In this document: one piece after another, positions 12,701 through 26,662 of the stretch
How positions within the stretch are numbered: position 1 is the stretch's first letter
Layout: the number at the start of each line of letters is the position of its first letter
Assembly (NCBI GenBank): GCA_051362555.1
Contig: CM120640.1
Span: 59,126,788-59,190,787, forward strand
DNA length: 64,000 bases
DNA from: Lingula anatina
Taxonomy: Eukaryota > Animalia > Brachiopoda
Direction: 5' to 3'
Notes under the pieces: model-generated
Told to the model about the DNA's origin: nothing
The model's database searches: none
What the model saw: only the letters and a program-made list of their open reading frames with translations
Made by a program: the position numbers and the translations under genes

Positions 12701-15700
12701 GCACTTTCATTGTAAACACGATAAGTGGAAGGCAGTTTTACTTTTTGGCTATATATTTACAAAGCTGATGAATATTCATAAAACGCAGGTCATGTTCGAA
12801 AATCAGCATGATCGGGGCAACTATTGTAGTAGTTATGCTTTTTTTGTTGTTGTGACTTTGAAGTTCCATGGGCCTGAAGACCTTTGCTAGTCACATTTTC
12901 TGAATATCCATAATACTAATATTTTATTATTAAAATTGATGGTCATTATGCTGTTAAACATTATGTAATATTGCATCAAAATTTGAAAAAAACGTGCTGC
13001 TGCCATGAGGACCATTATGGGAAAACCATGTTACTTATGATTGCCTAACTTTCTAAAAAGAAATACAGGACTAAAATGCAGCCTGAGTTTGAAAAGCAGT
13101 CTAATTGGCTTCTTTTTCTGGAGGTTAAACATTTTCAAAGTGTTAACTTGTTACACATTTTACTTACATTGGTATTACCTGTTGAGCATAATTTAAATTT
13201 GATGTTGAATTTGCAGTTTAACATAATTTACTTTTGCATCAGAATTGACAGTAGCCTATTTTCTGCATAGTTATTGCCTGTTTTTTTTGTCTGTACATTT
13301 GACAGCTTTGCTGACTTGTTAAAATTAACATCTGTTTGAAATACAGCACAAGACTGCTGTCACTATGTGTCACTGATTAAGGAAATGTGATTGTTGAAAA
13401 CTGGTATCTATAAATGTTATTTGACTGAAAACATTGTTACACTTTGTGTATCTTGCTGTTGAAATAGTGGCATTTCTGGGGTAAAAATGTAATTTCCTAT
13501 TTAAAGAATTTCTAAGTTATCAGAGTAGCTATCAGCACAGTTCTTAAAGCATTGTGTTATTATTGAAAAGGATTATCACTTTTTCAGCATTTTATCAGCA
13601 GAGTTTTTTTTTCCTTCTGTGATTTTCTGTCTGCTGCAGGTCATAACTTTTTACAACAGGTTTTATCAAAAATATAATCTTTAATTTTTTGACACTTGTT
13701 CTCTAACGACCACCATAAGTTTTGTAACTTTATCTTGAATTGGTAATGAGTTCTGAAACCAGCTGTGATCTTTTCCCAGTTAAAAAAGGATAAAATAGGC
13801 TAAAATGTATCCAGGTGGTAAGGTAATAAAGCTTGTATGTAGTAGGGAATCCCAGATGCATTACAAATAATTGACAGGTATTAAAAGAAACTGTTTGTCA
13901 CTAAGAAAATATGAAATAACCTGTAAAAATGGTTTTCTTGAAGTCTTTATTTATATATATAACAAAAAATTTAAACAAGGCAACCTATATTTTCAGCTTT
14001 AAAAGTAAGGTAGATAATTGAACACCATGGAATTGTTAAGTTGCTTAAAATGAATTTTTTATGACAAAAGACCTGCCTTTAATTTGTGCAGGAAGATGAA
14101 ATGGGGGCCAGACAACAGGAAGGTGTAATGGAAGCCCAACTGGAAGCAGAACTTAAACAGATGAAGAAAGAAAATGAAGAACTGAAGCAGTACATCCTTG
14201 CCATGCAGGGTGAGGTTTATGGTGCCAGACTAGCAGCTAAATACCTGGATAAAGAGCTGGCTGGAAGGTAGAGTTTTTTAGATTTGTTTTTCTTCATATT
14301 GCTCATTACATTTAGTAGTCACTAGATGTTTTTTGCCTGGTTCCATATTCATGAAAAATTAATAAATATGTGAATGTAGGTTTTGATATCAGAAACAAAT
14401 TCCTGGATACTTATAGAGTGTAAGCAGAGTAGGACTCTTCATTGGTGCATTTGTCTACAATAAAGCTTCACATCAAATTGCTCTAGTTGTACATGCATGC
14501 CAGGCAGTCTTAATTTGCCGTGGTAAGATTGTCATTTAATGGTATCTGACTCATTTGTTTGATAAAAAGTAAGTTCCTTTATCCTTTTGTGATTTTATCC
14601 CATGTAGGGAAACTGTATGCATTTTTACAATTACAACCTGTGCCTTTAATATTTTCACTATTTTGTCTTGAAATCTACAGGTTTCTCCACTAATCATTTC
14701 CTAGAATATCTTTATACAAACATTAGTCAGTTCTCCGTGCAATATTATCTTTAGAGATTGGGTGATTATGTCCTTGGCTAAATCCCCTCAGCATGACCCA
14801 TGATACGTTGAGAGAATGAAAGAAATGAATGAAAATCAGAAGATTCTCCAAAGCCTTGGGAGGCTAGGGGATAATCATTTTCTCTTTAAAATGTTTCTAC
14901 AATAAATCATGTTTGAGGAAGCAATTTGCAGAGGTGACCTTTTCTTCTCATACAGTAAGTGTCAATAGTTCATTCTGGCAATATTAGGTCTGAAAAAGGA
15001 TCTTTGGGCAAAATACCCAGTAATCAAATGTTTTCATGAATTAGTATTATTGTCTATGTTTATGTTTACATGTATGTTTGCATACATGTGTGTGTATTTG
15101 CGTGAGTGTTTGCAAGTATGTTTTGTATGGAGTTAAATGTAGATATTGTCACATTTTAGCTAAGGTTTATATTGAAAAATAATAGTTTTGCCTATGAGCT
15201 TAAGCCAAGGTTACATTCACTGTGTGATGTCTGTATCATGCATGTAAACTGCCTTTAAATCCCTTTTATGTCTCCTTAATTTAAACCAATTTAAATAATA
15301 TGACAAACCTATCTTAATAATAAAAAAAAGAACAAACTCAAGTAGCTTCTGTAGCCTCAACAATTTTGTCAAGCTAAAACTTTTGAAATTTTTTTTAAAT
15401 CGTAAGCCTGTAGGCTGTAGCAATATTGCAGATAGTGCTCAGTGGATTTGCAGTGATTGTGATAATGGTGAACCTGTTGTTGGTTTCTTTCTCTTCCACC
15501 CTTGGTGGTTGTAGGAGGTATAACAAAAGTGAAGATGTTTGAAGCTTAGTGTAATTCATTTGCATGATTATGAAGTTGTGTATATCCTTATTCTGACCAT
15601 GTGGGTGCTAAAAATCATAGGGGACTGCACTGACTGTGTGTCAATCATCAAGGAAGCTGCATGTAAGGTGTATGCCAATTGCACTGAGACTGAAAGGGCT

Positions 15701-18700
15701 TGGTATGATCACTTTTAAACTGGGAATGTTTTTTCCTACCTTGCCTCAAAGTCACCTTGGAGAAGTGGCACTGCACCAACATGCAACGCAAAGGCTATAG
15801 CCACTGACGATGATCCCATGAAAAGTCATATAGGATTTTATCATACAGCACCCATGGCAAATGAAGGCTTAAGTATAAAGGCTGCCAGGTTTGCCATGCC
15901 ACCCTTTATACATCAGCTAAAGAATGCCACACCAGACTGTATAATGTTTGACTGCTATTCCAGAATACAGCAGATTCAGCTGTTGGGCAGAGACATGCGA
16001 GGACCAGAACATGACAAATTGTGGAACCAGCTGGAGGCAGAGATACATCTTCACAGACACAAGACTGTTATCAGGGCATGTAGGGGGAGAAACAACAACA
16101 TCAACAAGAAGAAGTTGCCCATTCCTCCGGGACATGTAAGGCTTTTTGTGCAATAATTTACTTTTATTTTCAGGTTTCATTCATCCTTTATATTTTCAAA
16201 TGACTGTTCTGTTTATGACCTTCATAATGAACCCAATTTTGTTAAAGTTTTGAAAAATCTTATTTACTCTCATTAATAATTTGACACTATATTTTACACC
16301 TGGGAGTTTTTGAGTTTTAATTTCTTGGTTAGTGATATGATTTGATTCTTGAAGCCTGTATTTCACAGTAAATGTTTCTAAAAATTTTCACATTTTCCAT
16401 GTTATGTTAGACACCTTTATAGTCACCTTTACAGTCCCAAAATTATTTTTGGCATTGACTTAGGAAAATATACATTATATAAACTAGGTTCTCCCTCGCT
16501 TATTTTATTTTTTTTTCATAGGCATTTTTCATACATGGAAATCATGAAGGCAACCAGCTCACTTTCATCATTTCTTTTGTCACTTTTTGTATTAAGAAAT
16601 AACTGTTTCTTATTTAGAATATATTTTGATTTATGTTTGAAAGAGTGAAATAATTCTATTCATTTGGACTGGAGGTTTTATAAAAAAATCATTTCTTTCA
16701 TAGGGCTGATTTAATGCATGAGTTGTTCCAATGCACGCATTGTCATGCACTTAATTCCCCTTTTACTCACTTACTTACTTATTACAAAATGAAAAAAATT
16801 AGGACACTTTCTTAATGGCAAGCAATCTGATTTAAGAGTTCACATTGGCAAATGAACATCATTGGAAATGTAAAATCCTTGTTCTGTCCAGACCCTGAGT
16901 AAATAATTGTAATAGTATTTTCTGGTTTAAAAGCACATTCGAAATCACCAACTTTTCATCCATTTTCATCCATGCCAACTTTTCATCAAATGCCTCTCCT
17001 CAGCACAAAAACATGGATTTTAGAAAAAGATAATGAAATACCATAGCAAGTCAATAGCAAAGTCAAAGAGATCAATATAAAGAGTGAGTATTTGCTTTGG
17101 TGGAGCTTAGTGTAGTTGACTCTGGATGAGGTATTCTTATTTCTTTCTTGCTTTCTCTTATAAATTTGATTTATTTTGTGCCAAAGTCGCTCCAACATAA
17201 GCCAGTGTATGACAACACACATTTCGTTTAAAGCTGATATTTTTCCACATGATTGTTCTCTCAAACTTCAGCTAAATCAGATTGTTGCCTATAAAACTTA
17301 AATATAGATGGTGGAATTAAAGAATATAAAATAACAATTAAAATTTTGATTCTTTATCACTCCCTAAAGCATTACATTGTCATGTTATCATATGTTATTA
17401 ATGTGCAAGCTAAGTACTTGATTTAACTATATGTGGATTTTTATGTCGAGTCGCTTTGTACCTGTACTATCATGGTATTTGGTGGTGATGAATAAAGGTA
17501 GATTTTGATTTCAGACCCATGAGAAAATTATGAGAATTTTGTCTGTAAGTAAAATGTTTGCCATTCTTTAGGTCTCTGGTCTTTAGTGGTATAGTGTGTG
17601 TGATATGTGTAGAAACCAATGATGATCTTGTTACAAGCTATAGTATGGTCAGAATATGTAACTAATTTCTATTGGATTTGTATATGTGCCTTATCGAAGC
17701 ATTCTTTTTTTAACTAAGATGAAAACAAACCCAAATATTTTGAGGACAAAACCAGAGAATTACATTATTCACTACAACCAAACTTGAGCAACATCATGCT
17801 GCAATCAATTGTTTGTAATAAGTGGAAAGAATTTAAGTAGCAATTGTAAAAAATCTTGTATAGAGATCTTTGTTTTACTTCTTTTGATCATTTGCTTTGT
17901 ACTAACATTTTGCTTTACAAAATGAAAAAAATATCTATGCACTAGGAAATGTATTTGCCAATACAGATATTTTTACCAAAATCATTAATATGCTTACATA
18001 TCCAGTACACATGTTCTTCTTACCACACTGTTTCTTTTAACTTGCATATTTATATCCTGAATCACATTTTATAAAAGTAAAACTGCATGTTTTGTAGAAA
18101 TTGAATGTTGTCACCGGCAGTAGCTGTATATAGAATTACACTATGCACATGCACAGTGGGTTTTAATGTCTTTGCTAGCTACCTGTGCTACCCTGTTAGA
18201 AAGTGAACCTTATATTATGGAATATCAAAAGTACTTCATATCGAGAAGCTTGATGTTCAATAAACATTTTCATTTCTTGTATTATGTACATTTTAAACTG
18301 ATGTAATTCAGCTGATGTATTTTCATATAACTGTTTATTTATTATTCTTATTTTTTAATTTTTGTCAAAGTCCCTTCTTAATTGTGGATGGTATACAAAT
18401 TTGATGTTTTGCAGATAATGATAATTATGCTAATGGCTAATCAAATGATATTCTGAATAAATCCATTCCTTATATCAGAATTTTAGATTTCAGGTTGAAG
18501 CTAAAATTGTTTTATGGCACATCAATTATTGGACTTAAATATGTGTCATAAGGCATGTTTGTTTATCAGTGTAATGCAGTTGTTGGATAAAAATGGCAAA
18601 GTTTATTACTGTTTAGGGTACAGGAATCGGTGTAACGACACGGCCAATTTAATAACATATCACGATAATACTTCAGTAAGCTTTGTTCCCTTCTCTGGAC

Positions 18701-21700
18701 ATCGAGCACCCCACTGTGTAAACCCAAATCTTTTATTAAGCTGATGGGCATCACTGTCTTTAATTTATTTACACAATGTTAAGTCACTGATAAAAATTTC
18801 AATTTGCACATTACTCGTAGAGACCTGAATGCCTAATTACAATTTTTCATCCACATGTGTTTACACGCTACTGATTTTTCTCCCTTTCATCATGTCTTCA
18901 TTCATCTACTGAATGCTTTGAAGTCCCATGTCGTACGCACTAAAGATGATTGGTGCAATACAGAGATCAATCACGTGAAATAACACTATTATGGAGCAAT
19001 TTCAACCTTTTGTCTTACTAGGACTTCAGTTCATTAAGGAAACGTCAAGGTATTGGTGATGTTCGAACAATTACAGTGCATAAGGGAAATGAAGAAGGGC
19101 TTGGAATGTCCATTACTGTAAGTAAGAAAACAATAGCTATTATATACTGTGGTTAGTTCAAAATTAATTTTTTGATAAGTCTAGAGCTTAGTATGCATTG
19201 TTCTAGCATATATTTATATACCATGCAGAATGGGGAATTGCTTGGAGTATTTGTACAACATTGAAAAAGTACATCAGCACAGTGGAAGAACTTTGCACAT
19301 GAAATTTTAATTACTGCTGCCTGTAAAGGATCCACATACAGAACCAGCCATTAATCAACTCTACATTAATATTAAATTTATATGATGGTTTAACTTTATT
19401 GAATGATTGGTTTTTGTGTAAAATGTGCTGAAATTTTCTGTAATCATATTGCACATGTATCCATCTGCATTCATAAAGATATAATGAAGGACTTATATAT
19501 TTTTCATAAGGGTGGGAAAGAACATGGCGTACCTGTACTAATATCAGAGATACATGAAGGCCAGCCAGCAGAAAGATGTGCTGCCCTCTATGTGGGAGAT
19601 GCTATACTGTCTGTAAATGGAATTGACCTCAAGGATGCTAAGCATGCAGAGGCAGTTGAGATTCTGTCCCAACAGGTAATAAAGAAAGCAAAGCATTCTC
19701 ATATTTTATTTTGAATCACTGGATCAACTATATCAGGTAGCTAAACCAACTTGCTGATTTTAAAGTTCAGTAACTTCAACAGTTAAAAAGTTTTTAATTG
19801 AAATTTTGAACAGATTTCTATTATTATTGGTCAACCCTGAAATTTTCAAGTTTAAAAGTGAAATAGTTTTGATAATATCATCAATTCAAAAATATTGACA
19901 AAATAATGTCAAAACTACCAGACACTGGCACCTATCAAAAGTCATGTAGGCAGGCATGGCATTTTTTGACTTAAGATTTTTTCACTGTGCCCAAACTAAA
20001 AAAGGTAGAGTCATGAAATTTCCAGCATCATTTTCCAAAAAATATCCCAAATTTCATTGCAGTATCTTCAAAATTTGTAGTCAGTCACAGACTAGAATGA
20101 ATTTTATTTTTTTCTAGAAATTTGAGTTAATTTGGCCAAACCAAAAGTGCTATTGTAAACTATATGTTACAGTAGTTAGAATAGTGTGTGCGGCATGAGT
20201 CCAGTTCTGTGTAACATGGTAGTTATTAAAAAGAAGAGCAACCATTTAGCATATTCATGAGAATTTACATAAGGCAACAGTACAATAAAAGTTGAGAGTA
20301 GTTTTGACACCAGTAGCATTAACCAGTTTTTGAACACTCCACTGCACAGGAAATGAAACATACTGCTATTGTACTGTATATTATACCCTGTACAGTGTTT
20401 CTGCTCTTGACCAATTTCCACATTACCCCTTCATATTAAATTTTCAGCAAGGTGATATAGAGCTGGAGGTTGTCTTTGTTGCTCCAGATGAAGACAGTGA
20501 TGATGAGAACAATGAGTATGAAGATGACAATGGGTTCAGGTATTCAAATCTAGGCAATAACACATTTACCATTATGTACCAGTATAAGGTTGTGTGCTGC
20601 TGCCACTATATTTTATATATAAGCAAGAATATGTATTCTAATTTAGCCCTAAAATATGTAAACATAAAGGATTTAATGTCCTTAGAAATGAAACTGGTTT
20701 CCCAAATAGTCTTTCACACTTTTAAAACAAATAAATTATTTCTTAAATTATTTTTCATATAAATCATTGATATTTTTGGTAAGAGAATAGTTAAATTCTC
20801 ATAACTGAAGTGTAAAAACAGTTTGAATCAACCTATGTGCTTAGAAATTATACTGGTTTCCCAAATAGTCTTACACACCTTTAAAACAAATAAATTATTT
20901 GGTTTACATCAAATAAATCATTGATATTTTTGGTAAGAGAATAGTTAAATTCTAATATCTGAGGTGAAAAAACAGTTTGAATCAACCTATGTCCTTAGAA
21001 ATGATACTGTTTCCTAAATTGTCTTACACACCTTTTAAAACAATAAATTATTTTGTTCACATTAAATAAATCATTGATATTTTTGGTAAGAGAATAGTTG
21101 GATTCCAAGAACTAAAGTAGACAGTGTCAGTGAAAAACAGTTTTATTTGAATCAGCCTTGAAATAGAAGATGTACAACATTAATTCTCTTTTTGATATGT
21201 ATGAGAAAGTGGCTTGGTTAACCCTCAGGTACAGAATGTATGACCCAGAAGTAGCCAGTGTTAGCAGCACCCACAGCAACCAGCCTCTAATGGCTAATGG
21301 CTCTCCTGCACACTTTGCCCACAGTGACGATAATGGATCAACATTAAGTCTGGATATGAACTCAAGGTAGGACATATGACATAAGCTTAATCCATGTAGT
21401 TCATTGCAGAGAAAATTAATCATAAATTTGTTTCATATCTGATCAGAAATGTATTTTAAAAGTTGAAAATGTACACCTTTCAGACTTTGGATTTCTTTAA
21501 AATTTGATACATTAGTAGGATGTATATAATGTGGCATGTTAAAAGTAAATTTGCACAGTTATATTTCACTTGTAGACAAGCACCATCTTACAGCTTAACA
21601 AACATCTGTTTGCACAGCATCAAGCTAGCACTGCATCTTCAGCAACAGTTCTTTTGTGTATGACCACTGTCCTACACATAGGTAGATCTCTGATATCAAA

Positions 21701-24064
21701 ATGGATGAGGGGCAAAAGTTTCCAGCTTTCTCTCTCTTTCTGACCCAATCACCAACCCCTTATTATAATTTTAGTAAATGAAATATGGTTCTGTGGTTCA
21801 GATTGTGTCTTTTCAAACTTTTCGGAAGGGAATGATGGATAAACAATTTGGTCTTGAAAAGGGTCCATATCTACCCGTGATATACATTTTAGTATTTGCC
21901 ATCTCAAAAATTTTATACATTTTTATCTTGTTTTTTAATTTGAGAATATGATCTCAATGTACTTTTGAAAAATATTCACTCCTCTTCCTCCACGTCAAAG
22001 GTACAAAAGGACTGCTGAACAAAACACATAGTTTCAGTAGTGTATTGAAGTGGCTCATACCACCAGATAACAAAAAGCACACATGCATATTATAGCAGTA
22101 TCATCAGGATAGCTTTTTAAGCAAATTGTTTTTGTGTACAATTTGTTTCAGTTTATAACTGAGTGTGAAAACTAAAAAAACTGCACAATCAGATGGTTTA
22201 TTTGTCCATATCTGCTTAAGATGTGAACTTCACAATAATAATTTAATAATGAATTTTGCATCTTTGCAGATATCTTATTCTAATATTGGAAGCTCAAAAA
22301 TTTTATAGTGTACTAAATTGATACCTGTTCTAACTAACCAACAAATGCAGTTTTCTAATAATTAAGTTATAGAAAGAGGTTGTGTGAGTGATTTTGAGCA
22401 TTGCTCGAGAAAAAAAATTCCTAAAGAAAAATTATAAGTCTGAAACTAAAATCTCAGTTGGTAAATCAATGGATTAGACACAAATGACAGAAACAATGAC
22501 AATTTAAATCTGATTGCGCTGTTTGTTATTGTCGCAAAGAGGAATACAGCACTTGAACTGCTCACTCACTAGTCTATCTTTCTTCTCTGCTCAGTATATT
22601 CTAGCATAGCTGCACCACGTTCTAAATTAGGTCGCTATGTTCAGGTAAAGCAGTACTAGGTGTTATATATGTGACAGGTATGAAATACCTGCAGTCGTCA
22701 TTGGCTGTTGTCACCTGACTCTCTTTATGACCCTCTACAGCATGGCTTGTTGTTTTCTGTCCTGCTATTGTTGTTCTGTTATTTGAGGTCTCATGACAAT
22801 TTTGTCTTCTTTTATTAATTTTAAACAAAACCTGACTGTTGAACTGCTGCCAATTTTATGTTAATTAACAGTCTTCCTTTTTTTATATGCAAGTTTTATC
22901 ATCCTTTTATACAGCTTGTAAATTGATATTTGATCTTTCCTTTTTTGAAATTGATGTATTGATTCTTTATCATAGTTTAGAATATTTATTTTAAAGTCTT
23001 TTTGTTGATATTTGTTGATTTCTAATAAACTTAAAAACAGAAAAAATCTCCTAGCAATTATAATAATGCAATGAGCTTTATTAATTTTTTACCCTGTTCA
23101 TTGTTGTCAGCTACATTGTATCTGTGCATGTACCCAGTGACAAAAAGTTGTGGTAATATTTTTGTGCATAAATAAATATGTGGAAAGAAATATGCAGTAT
23201 ATATATATATATGATTTGAGACATTACTGAAATAGTCTTTGGTTAGTGTTTGTTGTGAACTGACAAGAAAAGGGGAATTACTATTGAAGTTTGGGCTATA
23301 AGCATAAGATGAAAAAACATAACATATATAAGAGTCTTGATATATGGAGAAAAGACTTCAATTTATGATTACTTAGTTTCACAATGAGTAATACATTATG
23401 TTGAATGAAAAGTTTGACACTCCAATAACTTGAAACATCACTTGTTTTCCTGATTTTCCTTAACTGTTGAAATTATGTGATTTAATCTTTATCAATTCTT
23501 AAATATGTCACATAAATTTCCCACATTGTACTTGCCCTACCTTTTTACAGGCAAATTTATTTCAAATTCTTAAATCTGATTTTCAATCAAGATTAAAGTC
23601 AGTTTATGTCCATCTGTAATTTATTTGATTTTGATTTATGTTCTTTTTACAGTGCAAAAACAAATTTGAAGCCCAAGAACAGAAATTTGAAAATAAATAT
23701 GGACTCTGTCATTCAAGAAGAAGAGGAGGGAGATGGAGAAGAGGACAAGGAGGAAAAAGAATCAGTTGACAGTGAAAAAAAAGAACAAACTGCAATGAAT
23801 ACAAATCAAATGAAGGGAAACATAACTGAAAACACATTAGAAATAGATCAGAATGATTTGAAGAAAGGAAACACATCATCAAGTGATAAAAATTTTAATA
23901 TATTAGAAACTGCGAAAAGAACTAAACCAATGTCATATTTGAAATCTCAGCCCAAGCCACCAGGATCACCAAAAAGGGTATCTCTAGAATACTTGGATGT
24001 AGGATCACTTCAAGCTAAAGCAGCAGAGATAAATCAAATTATACCAGAGTCTCAGTCTAGATAG
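6702..24064 (+). CDS. GOPC: Golgi-associated PDZ and coiled-coil motif-containing protein (PIST/CAL/FIG), 543 aa, 9 exons
   Basis: Exons 6702-6917, 10677-10841, 14092-14267, 15964-16135, 19022-19117, 19511-19675, 20448-20539, 21229-21366, 23653-24064; all GT-AG and phase-compatible (1632 nt). Hallmark peptides: [55 protein letters not shown], and [25 protein letters not shown]. The last two exons are less conserved and less certain. Confidence 0.95.
10865..12547 (+). mobile_element. Helentron-associated (HINE/DINE-1-like) non-autonomous element with internal tandem arrays, GOPC intron 2
   Basis: Starts in a T-run with a 13-bp-stem hairpin TATGTACAGACAC-AGAT-GTGTCTGTACATA (10869-10898), followed by a GTCGCC-type microsatellite. 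It then has about three 159-bp units (from ~11037), a ~560-bp higher-order duplication (11262-11820 / 11821-12380) and a ...GACCTTTGCTAGT motif. Superfamily is inferred from structure only. Confidence 0.65.
12628..12992 (+). mobile_element. Internally deleted tandem second copy of the HINE-like element
   Basis: 12628-12840 repeats 10879-11100 and then joins directly to a copy of 12402-12547. Confidence 0.7.
20677..21105 (+). repeat. ~155-bp tandem repeat, about 3 copies, GOPC intron 7
   Basis: Unit TGTSCTTAGAAAT...CCCAAATAGTCTT...AAATCATTGATATTTTTGGTAAGAGAATAGTT starts at ~20677, ~20836 and ~20990. Confidence 0.85.
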
Positions 24065-24113
24065 AATTAAAATTGATATTGTACCAGAGTCTCAGTCTTG
24101 ATAGAATTAAAAT
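24042..24113 (+). repeat. 40-bp-period tandem duplication spanning the GOPC stop codon
   Basis: TACCAGAGTCTCAGTCT[A/T]GATAGAATTAAAAT at 24042-24073 and 24082-24113. Confidence 0.85.
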
Positions 24114-26573
24114 GCCATCGAGCTTGCCGTTGTTGAGTCTTGTGGCTTAGGTTTAGTCTTTTGCAATTTGGTATTTGAAATTAAAATGGTTGTTTGTATC
24201 CCGAGTTATCAAGGTCTTTAAGGTATCATATTGGCAAAGTTTTGATAGAGGTTATATATTGATAAGGGGACTTCTAATAGCTCAAAGGTTACTAGAATTC
24301 ATTTATGTGCATCAGCATTTTCAAGAAATTTAATCTGTGTCAGCCTTTTGACTGTATATTGTTCTATTATTTATTTATTTTGACTACTTATATCATTGTA
24401 CATGGATTATTAAAAAAGAGTGAAAGAGCATTAGCTAATTTGTTTTTAACTTAACATTATGTGTCACTTATCAAATCACAAATGAAATTATTGCATTTTT
24501 ACCTCAAAATTAGGGTTATATAGTCAAATAGATTGACTGTAGAGGTACACTTTTTTTTTGTTGTTACCAATTTTTTTCAAAGTAATCAAGATTTTAATCC
24601 AAGAATCAATAAGCAACTTGAGAAATTGCCAATTTGAAACATAGGAGGGAGCGATTTTCTTTTGTTATGCTTTCTGTGATTTGGCAGTGATAATTGTAAT
24701 AAACTTAGGTGTTTTTATATCATAATTATGCTGAAGTGGGTCTGTTATGGTACTTTGTAATTTGTGTCTGTACAGGATATATACAACACATGTGGTAATG
24801 TTGCTTTGGATGTAGCAGTCAAACTGTACAGTAGGCAGGACCAAAGGTTTTGGTGCAAGTTCGTATAATAGACATAATATCCATTGCTGTACTGTTTATT
24901 ATTAATATTTAAGAAGATATGAAAAACCACTTGATGTAGATGTCGATTAGTATAAATGTCGATTATCTTATGGAGATAAATATTTTTGTTTTGTCATACA
25001 TTTCATATCAACAGTTTTGAACCCTTTACATTTAGTTAACACCTACATGCTGATCTTCTTTACACATGATATTCTAAACTTGTTATGTTTAGTTTATTTT
25101 ACGCATCATCATTTCCTCTTTCACCATTTATTTAAACAGAGAAGACTTAGTTTAAAGGTGATTGGATTATTTGAGTAATCAACCCATAGAAAGTTCATTA
25201 ATTGGTCTTCCACAAAATGTAGTCTTCAAAATATTTTCCAGAATCTTTTCAAAGGATAACTTTTAATACAAAAAAATTTTATTGAGCAATGAGAGATACA
25301 AGTCAGTTAGGTATGAGAAGTCATTTGCACCTCATGTCACCACATATTGCTCACAGCCTTTATTTGCTGAGAAATGAGTAGTTATCTTTTGAATAAAGTC
25401 CCTTGATATATTTGAGCTTTTTGTTTTTACCCGATACATCTTATTTGGGGTACAGTTAATGAATTTACTCTTATTTCCTCTTTTTTTCTTTAAATTTTTT
25501 TTTGTAGTAAACATGTATGATATTCAAGAGTCATCGAAGGTTTTAAAATGTACTTACATTGCTAATATTTTTCAAAAATTGACTTAATGCTGCAATTAGC
25601 TTTACAACAGGTTTTAGGTCTTAAATAAGAAGCACTGAATCCTGTCAAAATTAAATGCCATTTGCTAAGATTTTCACGAATAAAACCAGATTTTATGGTT
25701 CGCCTTATCTATGATGTTTTAACTGAAATGTATGACTATTGTACATGCACAGTCATTTTGTTGTAAGGTGTATTCATTGATATTATTTCATTGTTCATTG
25801 AGAGTTATGGGCTTTCTTGGTGTAATAATGAGGGTCATAAAATAAAAGGGAAAAATGAACCTATTGTTGGTCAGTTATTTTTTCAGACATTAGTGAAAAT
25901 AAGATATAACTAAAGAGGGGGGCACAGAGGTGGAAAAAGTCATTTGAAAAATTGCATAAATGAGACAATAGATCGTGCTCATGGAATTTGGATAGTAGTG
26001 CATTAAGGTATGTTTAATGAAGAAAATCTGAATGATCCCTTTGTAAATTTTTTTGAGGAAGGGGGGTCGAGGATACAAATTTGTGCCCTCCATAAAGGAA
26101 GGAGTAAAGAACTGATCGTTCAAGGGTAAATGTTGATAATATTTCTAAAATGTGCGTGTGTCTAACCTTTTTAAAAATGGTTATTTTGTATTTCCACGTT
26201 TCAAACAGCTACAATAAAGAGTGCACGCTCAGTCATCTCAATTTGACATGTTTGATTAATTTTAACTAGATGAAACATTTTTGTGATACTTAAATGCATG
26301 TGGCAATTTTTTAATGGATTGAAATAAAGCTGGCTTTGAACCTTTAATTTTTTCCATATTTTAAGTGAGGTATTATAATCTGGGTCTCGTTTTGTCTGGG
26401 TTTACAAGGTGATCTCGCTCATCTATCAGGTACCTCCATCTAAAGAATCTTAAAACCATAAATCGATATTAAAGCAGCAAACTAGTCCATCATTTTGAAA
26501 AAAAATCAAAATTGGTTTAGTGGTCATAAAGAATTTTGATAAAATCGCCAAATGTATCCCACATCAGGGATAC

Positions 26574-26662
26574 CAGGGGCGAATCCAGGATTATTTGAAG
26601 GGGGGCCCGCGGATGTGAAGCCGACCCCCCCCCCCTCCCCTCTCTCTCTCTCTCTCTCTCTC
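26574..26662 (+). mobile_element. Truncated CAGGGGCG-type MITE end followed by (CT)n
   Basis: CAGGGGCGAATCCAGGATTATTTGAAGGGGGG matches the reverse complement of 31500-31532 and the start of the 51860 element. Confidence 0.65.
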
